Origin: Macrostomum lignano
Lineage: Eukaryota
NCBI GenBank assembly: GCA_002269645.1
Contig: NIVC01002568.1
Coordinates: 47,112-111,111, forward strand
DNA length: 64,000 nt
Reading direction: 5' to 3'
Part shown: positions 47,532-61,036 of the stretch, piece by piece
Position numbering within the stretch: position 1 is the first letter of the stretch
Layout: every line of letters starts with the position of its first letter
The notes under the pieces: model-generated
Told to the model about the DNA's origin: nothing
The model's database searches: none
What the model saw: the letters and a program-made list of their open reading frames with translations, nothing else
Program-made: the position numbers and the translations under genes

Positions 47532-50149
47532 AGTAAACTAGAACTATACCGCATTGACAGATATAAGAATGTTGGTCTTAATTAAAAAAATGTCAATACT
47601 GTAATTTTTTTAATTAGTTAGGTCTATATAACAATATAGGCCTAATATAAATACTAAAATAGCAATGTTACTATTTAGCAATTGCCACAGCTAAAATGTT
47701 TTAAATAGGCCTAGGGACCTATTGAACATATTTTATTATTTTATATAAATAAAACAAATTTAGACCCTATTTAATTTGTTTATTCAGTATAGATTTTCGA
47801 ATGGGCCTATTACTAGCAATTGCTTAGTTAAAACTTAAATAAAGGTAAAATAGATATTAAATTTATATGTACGCTTAACTTTGCCTAGGCCTAGGCCTAG
47901 TCTTTTTTCTCATTAGCTAAGTGCTTAGATACTAAAACTACCATAGATAGTTTATATCCATCATATCTTCATATCCATTGATCAAATAGATCAAATCAAT
48001 CCCCAAAAGGATCTTCCTACTGTACTGCTCTGGCTAAATCTCTAAGCCCTATTCATTAATCCATATACTGATATACACTACACTGCACTAGCAGGCCTAC
48101 CTGACAGGCTGACACTAAGTGGTGAGTTTCAACCTATGTAACTAAATGGACTCAAAGGATCAAAAATAATGTTTTTCTATAATGGGGCTTCTTTTATCAT
48201 GAAAGAAAAATTAAAGTGATAAAAATGCTTAGGACGTAGATCCGACAAGTGCCATAAAGCCATGAATGAATTATTTAGCAAAGGATTCTAAGAAATCTGC
48301 GCGCAAACCTGAATTTCCCTTTAAAAAACAACAAATCAATTTTTTTGGGAAAATGAAGCCATTTGGCTTTCAGTTTTTTACTTTTGTTGAAAAATGAATC
48401 AGCGGCTACTATTTTCGGGACTTCGTGCAGGCTGAAAGTTGGCCCCAAAATGCATGTCCAAAGTGGAATAAGGTAAGTCTCAGAAATTTAGAAATTCTCA
48501 AAATTCTAAGATGCAGGAGAGGAGATAATGCGATAGATAATGCGACACATTAAATGCAATAGGGACGCATCAGGATTAGCAACGGAATAAAAACAACTGG
48601 TTTAAATTAAAAGACATTTGTTGTGAAGTGAGCTGTACGTGAACACTGGACAAATCATTTACACATGTACATGTATGTACACTGTATAGTACTTCTATTT
48701 CCATGATCGTAAATTTACGAGTACGTGTACATGTACTTCCCGAAGCAGTTTGCGGTGACAGCGAGCGTGTCTCGTGGTCAAAGACCGTCTTGCTCTATGT
48801 TTTGTTAAACATTGGGGGCTTCTATTTCCTGTCGATAATATTAGCTGACGGCCGCAACCCGCAAGCAGATTTTACTCGTGGCGATGTAATATATATAATA
48901 GTGCATTTCGAGCTGTTACCTTTTGTTGGTGTTGGAGGTTTTTGCTGCTTTTGGTCTTCGGAATTAGTTCAAACCTTCCGACCCCGTATCCGAAAGCCTG
49001 CCGCTAACAGAAACAGCTATAGCTCACAGACCACCGAATACCTATCGGGCCAAACAGATCAAGTCACATGCAGCTTCACCGCCACATCGCTGTCTCAAAG
49101 CGTCACGCCTCCCCGCTACTTAATTAGATGCTGCACTGGATAGGTGTTGTTGCATGTTGTGTATTTTTAATACCTCATTTAAGATCGTAAGATTAACTAA
49201 GTAATGTCTCTGGGAAAAGTTTCTTTAGGGTTGTGCATGGGGTAAAATATTTACAGTCAGGTAAAGCAAAAAAACAAAAAAATTCCCTCAATCTGTTCAG
49301 TCTGTAGTTAATAAATTTTTTTTGCATCCGTATCGTCTAAAAAGCAGCACGGATTTGCAAGACAGGGCGTGTCCGGGTCTGCTTGCACGTTGCTCTCGCG
49401 GCTACAAGGTACTACATGAATATCAAAGTAAAAATATTAGAATCAGCTTTGCTTTTGCTTTCTTATCTTGGATGGAAAGGAAATTATATTATCGTCTCTG
49501 TATAAAACAAATAGAAGTGTAAAATATCCAAGCTGGTATGGTAATACTGGTAGTGCAGAGATGTAATGCAGTCGCTACTGAGTAGTGTATAGTCGCTACT
49601 GACTGCGCGCAGTACAGCAGACGTACGTACCCCGCGGGTTATCAATTTAAAGTACCTTATTTTGCTTGCCTATTCGCATCAAAGCAAACTTTTTTACTGC
49701 GACGCAGAAAGCGCAAATACGAGCGTAGCGCCATGCCAGTACATTCGGAGGTGTACGTACACAGGCATATCGCATACTGTACTGGGCATGAGTATTTTTT
49801 CTGTCCTCTCTGACTGAGGGCGGGGGGATGCTGTCTCTGTACAAAGTTTGGATTTATAGTGTGTCACATTCAACTGATTGGCAAAAAAGTATTACGTTCG
49901 TTTAACTGTAAAAATTCTTACCCACAATTAATTATAAGCTCGTAGGAGATCAGCTTACTCTGTGGGTATTTAAATTTTGACACACTGCTTGCCGAAGCAT
50001 GTCAAGTGTAAGTAATCTAGTTGAAACCTTGATTTTTTAACAAGGTACCAAATCATTTGGTTAAAAATGTTGTATAAATCATATGTAAGACTGCATAAAA
50101 AGCTACGTGTAAATATTTTCATGTACGACAGCTGCCCCTTCTCTTTCAG

Positions 50150-53100
50150 AGACCCCCACCACTACAGGATTTCGAACGAATGCTCCGGGAGCACCTGGAG
50201 GAGCTCATGGAGGGAGTTCAAAAAAAGCGGAAAGATGCCAGTTCCACCAGCAGCAGCGAAGATCCGACTTCACCAGCAGTTAAATCCTTTCTGAAGGCGG
50301 CTGCCTCCGGTGATCGTCGGCGGTGCCTGTCCTTCATGGATGGCGGCGGCGACCCAAGCGCTCGAGGCAAAAAGAGTCTTACCGCACTGCACCTTGCAGC
50401 ACATGAAGGACACACGGATGTGATCAGGGAGCTGCTAAGACGAGGAGCGGAAATCGATGCCACAGACGAAGATGGTGATACGCCACTCATATCCGCCGTC
50501 ATCAACAAAAAGCAGGAGCCGGTCGAACTTCTCATTGAGAAGGGGGCCAATGTGGCTCACATCAACAACAAGGGCCACACAGCAGCGGATATCGGTCTGA
50601 TGAAGAGGAGTCTTGTTATCGTCACAACACTGGAGAACGTCAGGCGCTGCCTGCAATTCGACTCGGTGGTGCACGAGAAGACCCTCATGACCGCTGCGCA
50701 GGAAGGTAACGTAAGAATTATCGACTTCTGGTTGAAGAATCACCCGGACCGCAAAGCCTGCAACCATAAGCTCGTCCAGAGCCGCACAATGGCGTTTATT
50801 GCCGCTCTAAATGGGCACCTGGACATTATGCTTCTGCTGAACAAGTACAAGGCTGACTTTGAGCTCACGGACGATCGTGGACACACGCCACTGTTTTGCG
50901 CTGCTCAAAACGATCACTTTGAAGTCGTAAATTTCTTACTGGAGAAGCGCTGCAACATAAACCACACGAGCATCACTGGTCGAACTCCGATTTTTTCGGC
51001 AGTGAACAACGGGCACGACGACATTGTGCGGCTGTTAATTCGCAGTAACGCGAATGTCAACCAGGCAGACGAGGAGGGAACAACGCCACTAGAGTGCGCA
51101 ATCAAGCAGGGCTCTTTGCCCATCTTCCACATGCTCATTGATGCAGGAGCTCGGATTGATCACATCGAGTTTAACGGCTATGACTTCGCCATGATTGCGG
51201 CTTCAAACCAGCAGGTCGACATGCTTAAAGAGCTACGCGCAATGGGCTTGTCAATGAAGCAGGTCAACAAGAAGAATGGTGAAACCGCACTCCTTGGTGC
51301 CTGCCAGGTGGGTCCTGAAGAATCGGTCGGCTTTCTGATCTCCGAGGGCAGCGATCTGAATCATCAGAACAAGCGCGGTGTGTCTCCTGCTTTGAGGGCT
51401 GCCTACAACGGACATTTTGTGATCCTGATGGCTTTGGGAGAGTCTGGAGCTAAACTGGATTTGCCGAACAAAATAAATGAGACCGCCATTTTATGCGCGG
51501 CACAGAAGAGCTCCGTTGACATGGTTCAATACCTACACGGAAAAGGGTGCAACATCTCCGTGAAGGATGACAACGGCAAGACTCTGGCTTGGTACGCAGC
51601 AAAAGAGGACAACATAGAGCTTCTTGAGTTCCTAGCTAAAGTGGGTGCTCCTCTGGATACTCCGGACACCGATGGCAACACGCCATTGATGCGGGCTGTG
51701 AAGGCGGACGCGAGCCCCGAGACAGTGCGATTTCTCATGAGCCGCGGCTGCAGTGTGGGCAAGCCGAACCAGAAAGGGGAGAACGCTGTGGATATCGCAA
51801 AGAAGCGCAATCACGAAGAGCTCCTGAAGGTTCTGCAGAAATCTGGTTCCCGCGAAAAGCCAAGTCCAAGTAGAAGACCTGGCGGCGCCAATCAGAGACA
51901 GGAGTAATTTTTTTGCTTTTTTATGCCTTTAAAATTATGTTCACCTGTGTTATGTATTCAATGATATCCAAAAATCGCATTTCTAGGTCCACAGAGGATC
52001 ATCTGGACGCCACATTTACAGACTGGGACTACATCTATGATGAGAGACGTAAGAAAAAGTTGATCGGCGAAGGGAACTTCGGCAGGGTCTACGAGGCGCA
52101 CACAAACAAGGGCCAAACAATTGCAGTGAAAGTAACCAAGCTCAAGGGTGCCAAGAACGATAGAGTCGTTCAGAAAGCCATCGACTTGGAGATGAAAGCC
52201 GTTGAAGTTTTGAAGGCCATTCGTCACCAAAATATAGCCATCTTTTTAAAGTCCGAACAGAAGGATGGAGCCGTATACGTCTTCACTGAGTTGATTGACG
52301 GCATGAGTCTGGCTGACCACTTGAAGGATCGGCAGTCTTTTGAAGAGTCGGAAATCAGAAGCTATGCTTCCCAGGTAAATATGTAGATTTATATTTTTGA
52401 TGGTGATGCTGATGTTGAATAAATCACAGAACTGATTAACCATGCTTGACATGCTTCTTCAGATTTGTTCAACGCTGGATTTTCTGCATACACGCAAGCC
52501 TGCAATTCTGCACAGGGACATCAAATGCTCCAACATTATGTTGACAAAGCGGGGTGTAATCAAGTTGATTGATTTCGGACTCGCTAAAGAGATCGTCACT
52601 TCAACAATCGCAGCAGTGACTGAGAGCCAGTGCGGCACCTGGTATTACCTTGCTCCGGAACTGTTCAGCAGCCAGGCGCATGTTTCCTACACACCTAAGA
52701 CGGACATCTGGGCGTTTGGGTGCACTATCTTCGAAATGGCAGAAGGCGAGCCTCCAAACAGAGACAAGAGGGAACAGCAGATTCCCAATGTGCTCAAGGA
52801 AATGCAGGAAATGCCTCTGCCATCAAAAAAATACTCTTCTGACATGCGCGAATTTTACCGTCACTGTGTGGCGAAGAATCCTGAGCAGAGGTTCACCTCA
52901 ACTGAGCTTCTGAAGCACCGGTTTCTGCGAAATGTCGAGAGGCCCAAAGCTGCAGCTGGGGCTGGGGCTGGGGCTGGTGCTAGGGCTGCGTCCGAACCCG
53001 CCGCACATTATCTCGACCCCAACTTCACAAAGTGGGACATCATCTGTGACGATGACAACAAGAAGAGGCCCATCGGAGAGGGTGGCTTTGGCAAGGTTTA

Positions 53101-53951
53101 CAAGGCCTACACAGATAAGCACCAGTTCGTGGCTGTAAAGATTGTCACAATGAAGGGCAACGATCCCAAGAGGTACAAAAGAGCAATCGAGCAGGAAAGG
53201 AAAGGTATAGAAATTTTGAAGACCGTCCGACATCCGAATATCGTTGTGTTCCTAAAATCCGAGCTCGATGACAGTGGTCAGTTCTGCATCTTCACTGAAC
53301 TCATCGCCGGAATCAGCCTCTTTGATTTGATGAAACGGCAGAGGAAGCCGTTTGAGGAGTCCGGAATAAAGAAGTTTTCTCAGCAGGTAACGCTGCACCT
53401 GAGTAGCAATATTAGTAGCATGAAATAACTAAATTATTTTTATGAAAACACATCAAATCAGCAAATATTGGTTCACTTCACAGATTTGCGCGGCCCTCAA
53501 CTTCCTGCACAGACGGAGGCCGGCCATCCTGCACCGGGACATTAAGTGTTCCAATGTAATGCTCACTCATGAGGGCATTGTCAAGCTGATCGACTTCGGC
53601 CTAGCTAAAGAAATCACCACATCGAAAATTGCCTACATCAGCATGAACCAGTGCGGCACTCCCTACTTCATGGCGCCAGAGCTGCACAGCGCGGAGGGCA
53701 ACGCCCAGTACACACCCCAGTCCGATGTGTGGGCCTTCGGCTGCACCGTTTTCGAGATGGCAGAAGGCAAGCCGCCGAACAGCCACCTGCTGCCAATGCA
53801 GATCCCACGCTTCTTCCACAAGTACGAGATGCCCGACATTTCAGCAAAAGTGTCCAATGAGCTGCGCAACTTCTACCGCTGCTGCGTTGTAAAGGAACCC
53901 GAGGCGAGGATGGATACCACCGACCTCCTGGAGCACGCCTTCCTTGCCTAA
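50150..53951 (+). CDS. Ankyrin-repeat protein with two tandem STE/MAP3K-like Ser/Thr kinase domains; exons 50150-51903, 51987-52374, 52463-53386, 53484-53951 (about 1177 aa, start codon uncertain)
   Basis: About 15 ANK repeats. Both kinases have GEGxFG, (I/V)[17 protein letters not shown] and D(I/V)WAFGCT. Junctions are in frame (phases 2, 0, 0). Confidence 0.8.
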
Positions 53952-54123
53952 GTTGGGCCCTCACTTTTTCAGCAGCAACAGAGTTCAACTATAGCTATCT
54001 GTTGAAGCACAATTCCATGAGATTTTCTGGATTTATTATACAAGTGGAAAAGTATTCGAAAAAAACTAATTCCCAGGTGTCAACTTATTTGACTCGTAGT
54101 TTTTACATCTGCTGTGAAAAATC

Positions 54124-55370
<1,247 letters not shown>

Positions 55371-56973
55371 ATCGAGACAACTCCTTTTTAGTATATTTTG
55401 AGATTACTAGCTATTGTAAAGTTTTCTACAAACCAATGTGTAGCCACCGGCACCTTTGAATTAATTGGTATTTTTCAGATCTGGTCATTTTCGGCCAGCG
55501 TTCCCCAACTTACAGTCTGATTTCTTTCCTGATATTGTTGGACATATGACCATGTCAAATCTTTGTCTAGTAATACTAGTATGCTTTTTTAGAAATTCTT
55601 TGTTTGAACAAGGACCACTAGAAAGTTTCGTCAAGGATGTCGCAACACTCACGAATTGTAAATGTTTTTGAAGGTGGGATTTAGCGAGCATAAGTGCAGA
55701 TAGTTTTCTAGTTTGCAGTCATACTGAAATTTTGCAGACGGGCACATAATCTGCAGGCAATTTCGTATTCATTAATATGCATCAATACAGGTGATTCTAT
55801 GGTTTTGGCTTTTTTACTTTAATTTGAACTTGAATTGTCTCCTACTTGACAATTGAACTTGAATTGAACTACGCATTTTGTGAGTGTTGCGTCCTTCTTA
55901 GCTTGTCCTTGGTTGCACCTAAGAGAATTTGCTTATCGTCCCATCTCCCCAGCAATTCCGACACTGCTCCATTTTGTTCTGCATTATTAATCTGATTCGC
56001 TATAACAGCCTTTATTAACAAAGCCATCTGATTCTGTCTGAATCTTTTGCTCTCCTTATGTTTTTATTCACGACTATTGTGGTGTTCGCCAGATATAATA
56101 CTCCGATTTATGCTCGTAGCTGATGTTTCGCTGTGCGCGCGTGCGTACTCGCGAAATAATGAGAATACGAGCGTAGTAAATCGCGAGAATATATTACTCT
56201 GCGTCCTACTAAAATATTTTCTCCCCAGCGATTGATTCCTCGGTAAAATTTTCTTTCAATAAGCGATAAGTAAATTTTTTCATGACTTGTCAAGTATTTG
56301 CCAGAAAAGATTTAGGTAGCCGAATTCGGTTTTATGAAATTTGCTTGGTGTAGGACTACCAAATATAATGGGAAACTTAATGCCAAATTCTCGCACAGGC
56401 TTAATTTAAACTCTTTGTATTTCATAAAACCCGTATTTTTCATTCACGTATTAACTTAAGTGATGCAGAGACTTCTAAGTTTACTTTAGAGCGAGGATAC
56501 CTGCTCTGGTGGCCTCGAGAACTCGAACTCCGAGTAAGAGGCCTAAGCTGTTCTCATTCAAACGCACTCAAAGGCAACGCATGACGATGCACAACCGTCT
56601 GAGGACCAACCGCGCCGGTGGGTCCCATGGTAACCTCAACATGCGCACAAAACCGTATCTGTTAGATGGGCTTGCATCATGCCATTGGGTCTTCCAGAAG
56701 CTGACCCACACACTTGATGCGTGTTTGATTCGAGTACTTTATACCCATTAACCAATCACACCACAACAGCAAATGAGACGAACAGCAGGCAGGCAAAGGT
56801 CTATGGCCCGAAGCAGCGCGAGAGGTGGGGAAAGCGACCCCAACCCCGAAAAAAGGAGGAGTAAAGGAGAGAACAGGAAGATAAAAGCAAGGAGGCAGCA
56901 AAAGTAAGCGAAGCCAGGCCACGAACGCCAAGGTAAAACGCCAAAGGGTAAAAAAAAACGAGCGAGTAAGCAG

Positions 56974-58019
56974 TCAAGAGGCCAGGCAGGCAGCGATCCG
57001 CCTAGCTGCTGTCCGACGGCGGGCAAATGACGCCTCATCAGAGAAATACCGAAAGACGCAGTCTGAACGCCAGTCGCCTATGCAACGGATGTCGGCGATT
57101 GAGAGGCCTGACTGAAAGGCAGCGCTGGCCCCCCCCCTCTACGCAGACTGTGACCTGAGAAGCCGCACTCACCAAAACCGCACAGAGACATGCCCCGCTT
57201 TAGGAGCCGGATGAACATAGCGGCAGACAAGAGAGTCCGGCCGCGGCTGCCTAGGGCAGAAAACAGGGGCTGCTGCGACGCGTAGATTTGATTCTCGCGC
57301 AGATGAGTTGCTAGTGCGGAAGCGGGACAGATAAGCAGACATTCAGAGGCCTGCGGCAGAAAAACTTCCAGTTGCCGCTCCTTGAATTGGTTTGTCTTTT
57401 ACCTGTTGAGCACCAGCCGCAGACCACCGGGGCACGCTGATAGGCAGCTCCAGGGAAGAGCGTCCACAGCGGTGGATGGTAAGAGCTCGCCGAGCCTAAG
57501 GACTCCCCACGAGGCCACCTGCAATGCTGCCTTGAAGGCGGCCAGAAGACGGGGCGCCAGCGAATGACGTAGCTCGGTGGAGCTGCAGAGCAAGCGGAGG
57601 TGGCTGGGCTTCAGCAGCGTCGCACGCCAAGACTGCCGGCTCAGAAGATGCCGAGCCCCGCGACACACGAGAGCCAGGCGAGAGCTGCCCTTGGTCAGGT
57701 CTGGCGACGCGGAAGCCCTATGAAGGAAAGACACCGCGCTGAGGCTTGACTGCACACTGGAGTAGGACGCCGGTCCACGTTGTAACAGGAACGAGACAAA
57801 TTGGCAGACATCAGACTCGGAGGCGGCGGTCGCAGGAATTCGACGCTGCCGGCAGAATTCGTTCCAGACTTGTAAGTGGCTCGCATAGGACTTCCTGGAA
57901 CTAGGCGCTAGTGACAGGCGGCACAGAGCGGACACAGACACGGTGGAACGGAGCGGAGCGCGGCTGCGACCTGTGAATAAAGAGGGTGCGAGACACGGCA
58001 GAAATGGTGTGGGAAGCAA
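56974..58019 (-). pseudogene. Tyrosine recombinase of the element, with one premature stop
   Basis: WGVLRLGELL, then LNR*KTNQ (stop at 57399-57401), ICPASAL, FSGHSLRRGGAS, GDWRSDCVFRY. Confidence 0.85.
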
Positions 58020-58079
58020 ATTCGAAAGGGCAAATGCATAAAGAGCCGTAAAGACGGCAGCAAAAATAAATGAGCTCTC

Positions 58080-59629
58080 TGCTCGAGCCCCCCCATTCTA
58101 GAAGCGGAGTCGCTCAGCAGCTGCATCTGACCAGGAAGGTGGAACGCCTGGAGCTGAATTCCCGACGTGAGGCACACGAGAGCAACGGTCTGATAGATGC
58201 GAATGAGCAGAGGATGCCGACAGGACAGCTTATTGACCATGCCATTATTGAGCAGTGCTATCCGAGTAAATCACAACGCGGCTGTTCCTAAGCTGCTCGC
58301 GGAAGCGCAGGATGGTAAGCAGCGGAGCCAGCGCCTCTTTGTGGTTGATGCGAAGGTCGCGGAACTTGCTCTCGAAGTCCTTCTCCCAGCTGAAGTACGT
58401 CCAGTCATTGAATTCGCTGCCAAAGACGATGCCAGCAGCACCCTCGCAACTGCTATCAGATTCGATGGCCACAAGTTGACGAAAACGGGGGCGAATGACC
58501 GTCGGCGGCAGAGAACTCACGACGCGCAGCCACCAGAGGAAGAGGTTGCGAAGCTCAGATGGCAGCCGGGTGTCCATTCTGTAGCTGAGGATGTCGAAGA
58601 GCGGACGCAGGAAAGGATGCAAAAGCCTGTTGATCTGGCTGAGCCAGCACAGCTTTCGGGCCAGTTTTTCGAGCTGCTTCAGCTTAACAACGTCACGTGA
58701 CAGGCAATCGTTCAGCAGTTTCCTAATGTCGTCTTTCTTGTTGCTTGGAAGTGACAGAGTGTCGTTCACAATGTCAACCAGCACGCCGAGAAACACAACG
58801 TGTTGAGCTGGAGCCACGGTCTTCTGCCGGTTGATGTCGAAGCCTAAGTTCTGCAGTAGCTTAACCAGATAATTAAAGGCCTCCTGAGCCGCTTCTTCAG
58901 TATCAGTGGCTACTGCCCAGTCGTCCAAGTAGTTGACGGTAGCTGTGAAGCCAATGCTGAGCATGTGGCGCTTGATGCCGGCCAATAAGCGATGGAAAAT
59001 TTCACATGACGCTCGAGCACCAAAGGGCAACCGGGTGTCAACGAGTACCGAGTCATCGCTGTCGGCAGCAAACCGCCAGCTGAGGCCCGTGAGCACCTGG
59101 TCGTCTGGGTGAATACCGACGGAACGATAGGCCTGCTTGAGGTCGATTTTGCCGATAAACGAGCTTGGGCGAAGATAGCGGTTCAAGTCTTGGACAGAGG
59201 CGAAGCGCAGCCCCTTTCCTGCTCATAGCTGTCGTTGACGGAGGACCCCGAAGGTCTAAAAAGGTCATGAATGACCCGGACACTGCCGTCAGATTTTGGA
59301 ATCGCCCCGATGGCGTTCATCATGACAGGGCCATTGGCGAGCTGCAGGCGGCCGAGACGGAGCTCCTCGGCGAGCTGTTCATCAACCTGCTTGGCTTGGT
59401 CCAAGGCTGAGCGGTAGTTGGCGGAGCAGGCAAGAGAAGGCGGCGACCTATTGACGAGCCGAAAGCCGTAACTAAGGCCGCTGCGAAAAAAATTTTCGTC
59501 TTGGTCACCCAGAAGCAGCGGCTCCCAGGCGGCAAGGTTGATGTTGGACGACAGAGCGCGGCGCGGTGGAGAGAGCAGGGTGGGAGCAGGGCAATGAGCA
59601 GAGGGAGGCAAGATAAAAGGCGACGGCAA
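58080..59629 (-). pseudogene. RT-RNase H of the element, with two frameshifts (about 59185 and 58245)
   Basis: NYRSALDQ..EELRLGR, IGAIPKSDGSVRVIHD, KIDLKQAY, LPFGARASCEIF, NYLDDW, IESDSS, INHKE, AFHLPG..SDSASR. Confidence 0.85.
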
Positions 59630-59651
59630 ACGGGGGTTAAAAGCAGGGCGG

Positions 59652-60074
59652 CTATAAAAAAGATCTAGTTTTTTGCTCCCTCCACAGCGTCGCCGCCGAC
59701 GCCGGCCGGTCGCAGTCGCGCAGCTTGCAGACGTGACGGTACCTACAGGAGGACCGCTGGCAGCCGGCAGGGGAGTTGTAGCTTAGGCAGATGGGAGCTT
59801 GCGACTGGTTGGATGCTGGTCTGCTCAGGGTGACTTTTAAGTTTCTTGGTGCGTCAAGGTGTCGGTGGTACAGCTGTGGAGGCTCGCAGCCCCATTGATG
59901 CGAATCCGAGTCTGCGATCAACTTTCTGTAATCCTCATCGAATTCCCACACGACACTTGGACTGTAGTTAGCGTCTAAGAGCTCGCCGATCTCCCCCACC
60001 CCACGGGGGGTAGAGAGGACGGCGCACAAAGGCGGCACAATGTACAGCGCGAGGGGTGGATGGCTAACACCCAT
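59652..60074 (-). CDS. C-terminal part of the gag-like ORF1 with CCCH/CCHC finger
   Basis: WEFDEDYR..W and ICLSYNSPAGCQRSSCRYRHVCKLRDC immediately upstream of the RT ORF. Confidence 0.65.
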   Translation of the reverse strand: MGVSHPPLALYIVPPLCAVLSTPRGVGEIGELLDANYSPSVVWEFDEDYRKLIADSDSHQWGCEPPQLYHRHLDAPRNLKVTLSRPASNQSQAPICLSYNSPAGCQRSSCRYRHVCKLRDCDRPASAATLWREQKTRSFL

Positions 60075-61036
60075 TTCACTCCAGGCTCACAAAAGAGCCT
60101 AAGAGAAATGGAGGCAGCAATTGCTGCATTTTCAACCACGGGATGGCAACTTATCACTGACTGTGATGCCAATGACATTAAAATGGGCTGTATTCAGGAG
60201 GGCATTGTACCAAACGGGGATAGCCACATCCTGGACGTTGGCGTCAACCAGGGAAGTCATGGAATTCACTGCGTACTGACGGCTCGCTGCTTTAGTGCTG
60301 ACGTCTCAAAGAAGATCTTTTGGGGAGCTTGCGTCTTAGTGAAAGCAGTGCGGTTCGTCCCATTTACCTCACAAACAGGGGCAATCCGTGTGAATTCACT
60401 TTTTATCTGACAGTAAAGTTTGTCAGCATTTAAATAGTTAAAGAGGTTTCTATCAAGTCGACTGTTTCAATGGCTGCAGGATCACTATGAGTCTTGGGTA
60501 ACGAGGCGCCCAGGAAGCCTAAATGTGCCCAATTCAGCTAAAAGATCCTTCAACACTGTACAAACTGACAGACAGAACAGTGACTGTCTGAGTCTGAGTA
60601 GGGGAGTTGCCGGCATCTTGGCTCCCCACTAACTGCCTTCTAGAGGATGCCGGTGACCCTGAGATTTTGAAATTCTATTAACCAGCTGGAAGCAAGAAAA
60701 AAAAGAACTTATAAGTTAACACATTTGTCTGATTATTTTTTTCCTTTCAGCCGCTGACAAGCATCTGTGGTGCTGAATACTGTATTTTGCATATCTAAGT
60801 CTCTGTGCCCATCTGCATCCTGCGTGCGTTTTACCGCTAAAGCGTGCAGCTGGTTAGCTGTGATTCGGAGCTGGAAAATGTAACAGTCAGCGGTGTGCAA
60901 AGTGGCTTCAAAGTTCATTTATTTTGGCTTGTACATGTCTGGATACAAAATACTCATATTCAAACGTCCCATATCAAACGAAATCAATCAAGTTGCCAAG
61001 TTGCATGTCTGGCATGAGCTCTTTAGTCTTCAGATT

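Larger units (their letters stand above)
56974..60074 (-). mobile_element. Ngaro/DIRS-group tyrosine-recombinase retrotransposon, mildly decayed and apparently 5'-truncated
   Basis: Order: gag-like ORF with Cys/His finger, RT (YLDD), RNase H, tyrosine recombinase. No methyltransferase seen, which favours Ngaro. Confidence 0.88.

Noticed and set aside
48703-49143. 146-aa ORF upstream of the ankyrin gene
   Set aside because: No recognisable domain or coding-like composition.
49733-49750. ATG micro-exon (MPVHSE) as the start of the ANK-kinase gene
   Set aside because: It is in frame with 50150, but the donor is weak and the neighbouring TACGAGCGTAG motif recurs near 56165, suggesting repeat-derived sequence.
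60090-60410. Short ORFs between the Ngaro element and the ACSL 3' end
   Set aside because: No motif recognised in any frame, and stops are present.
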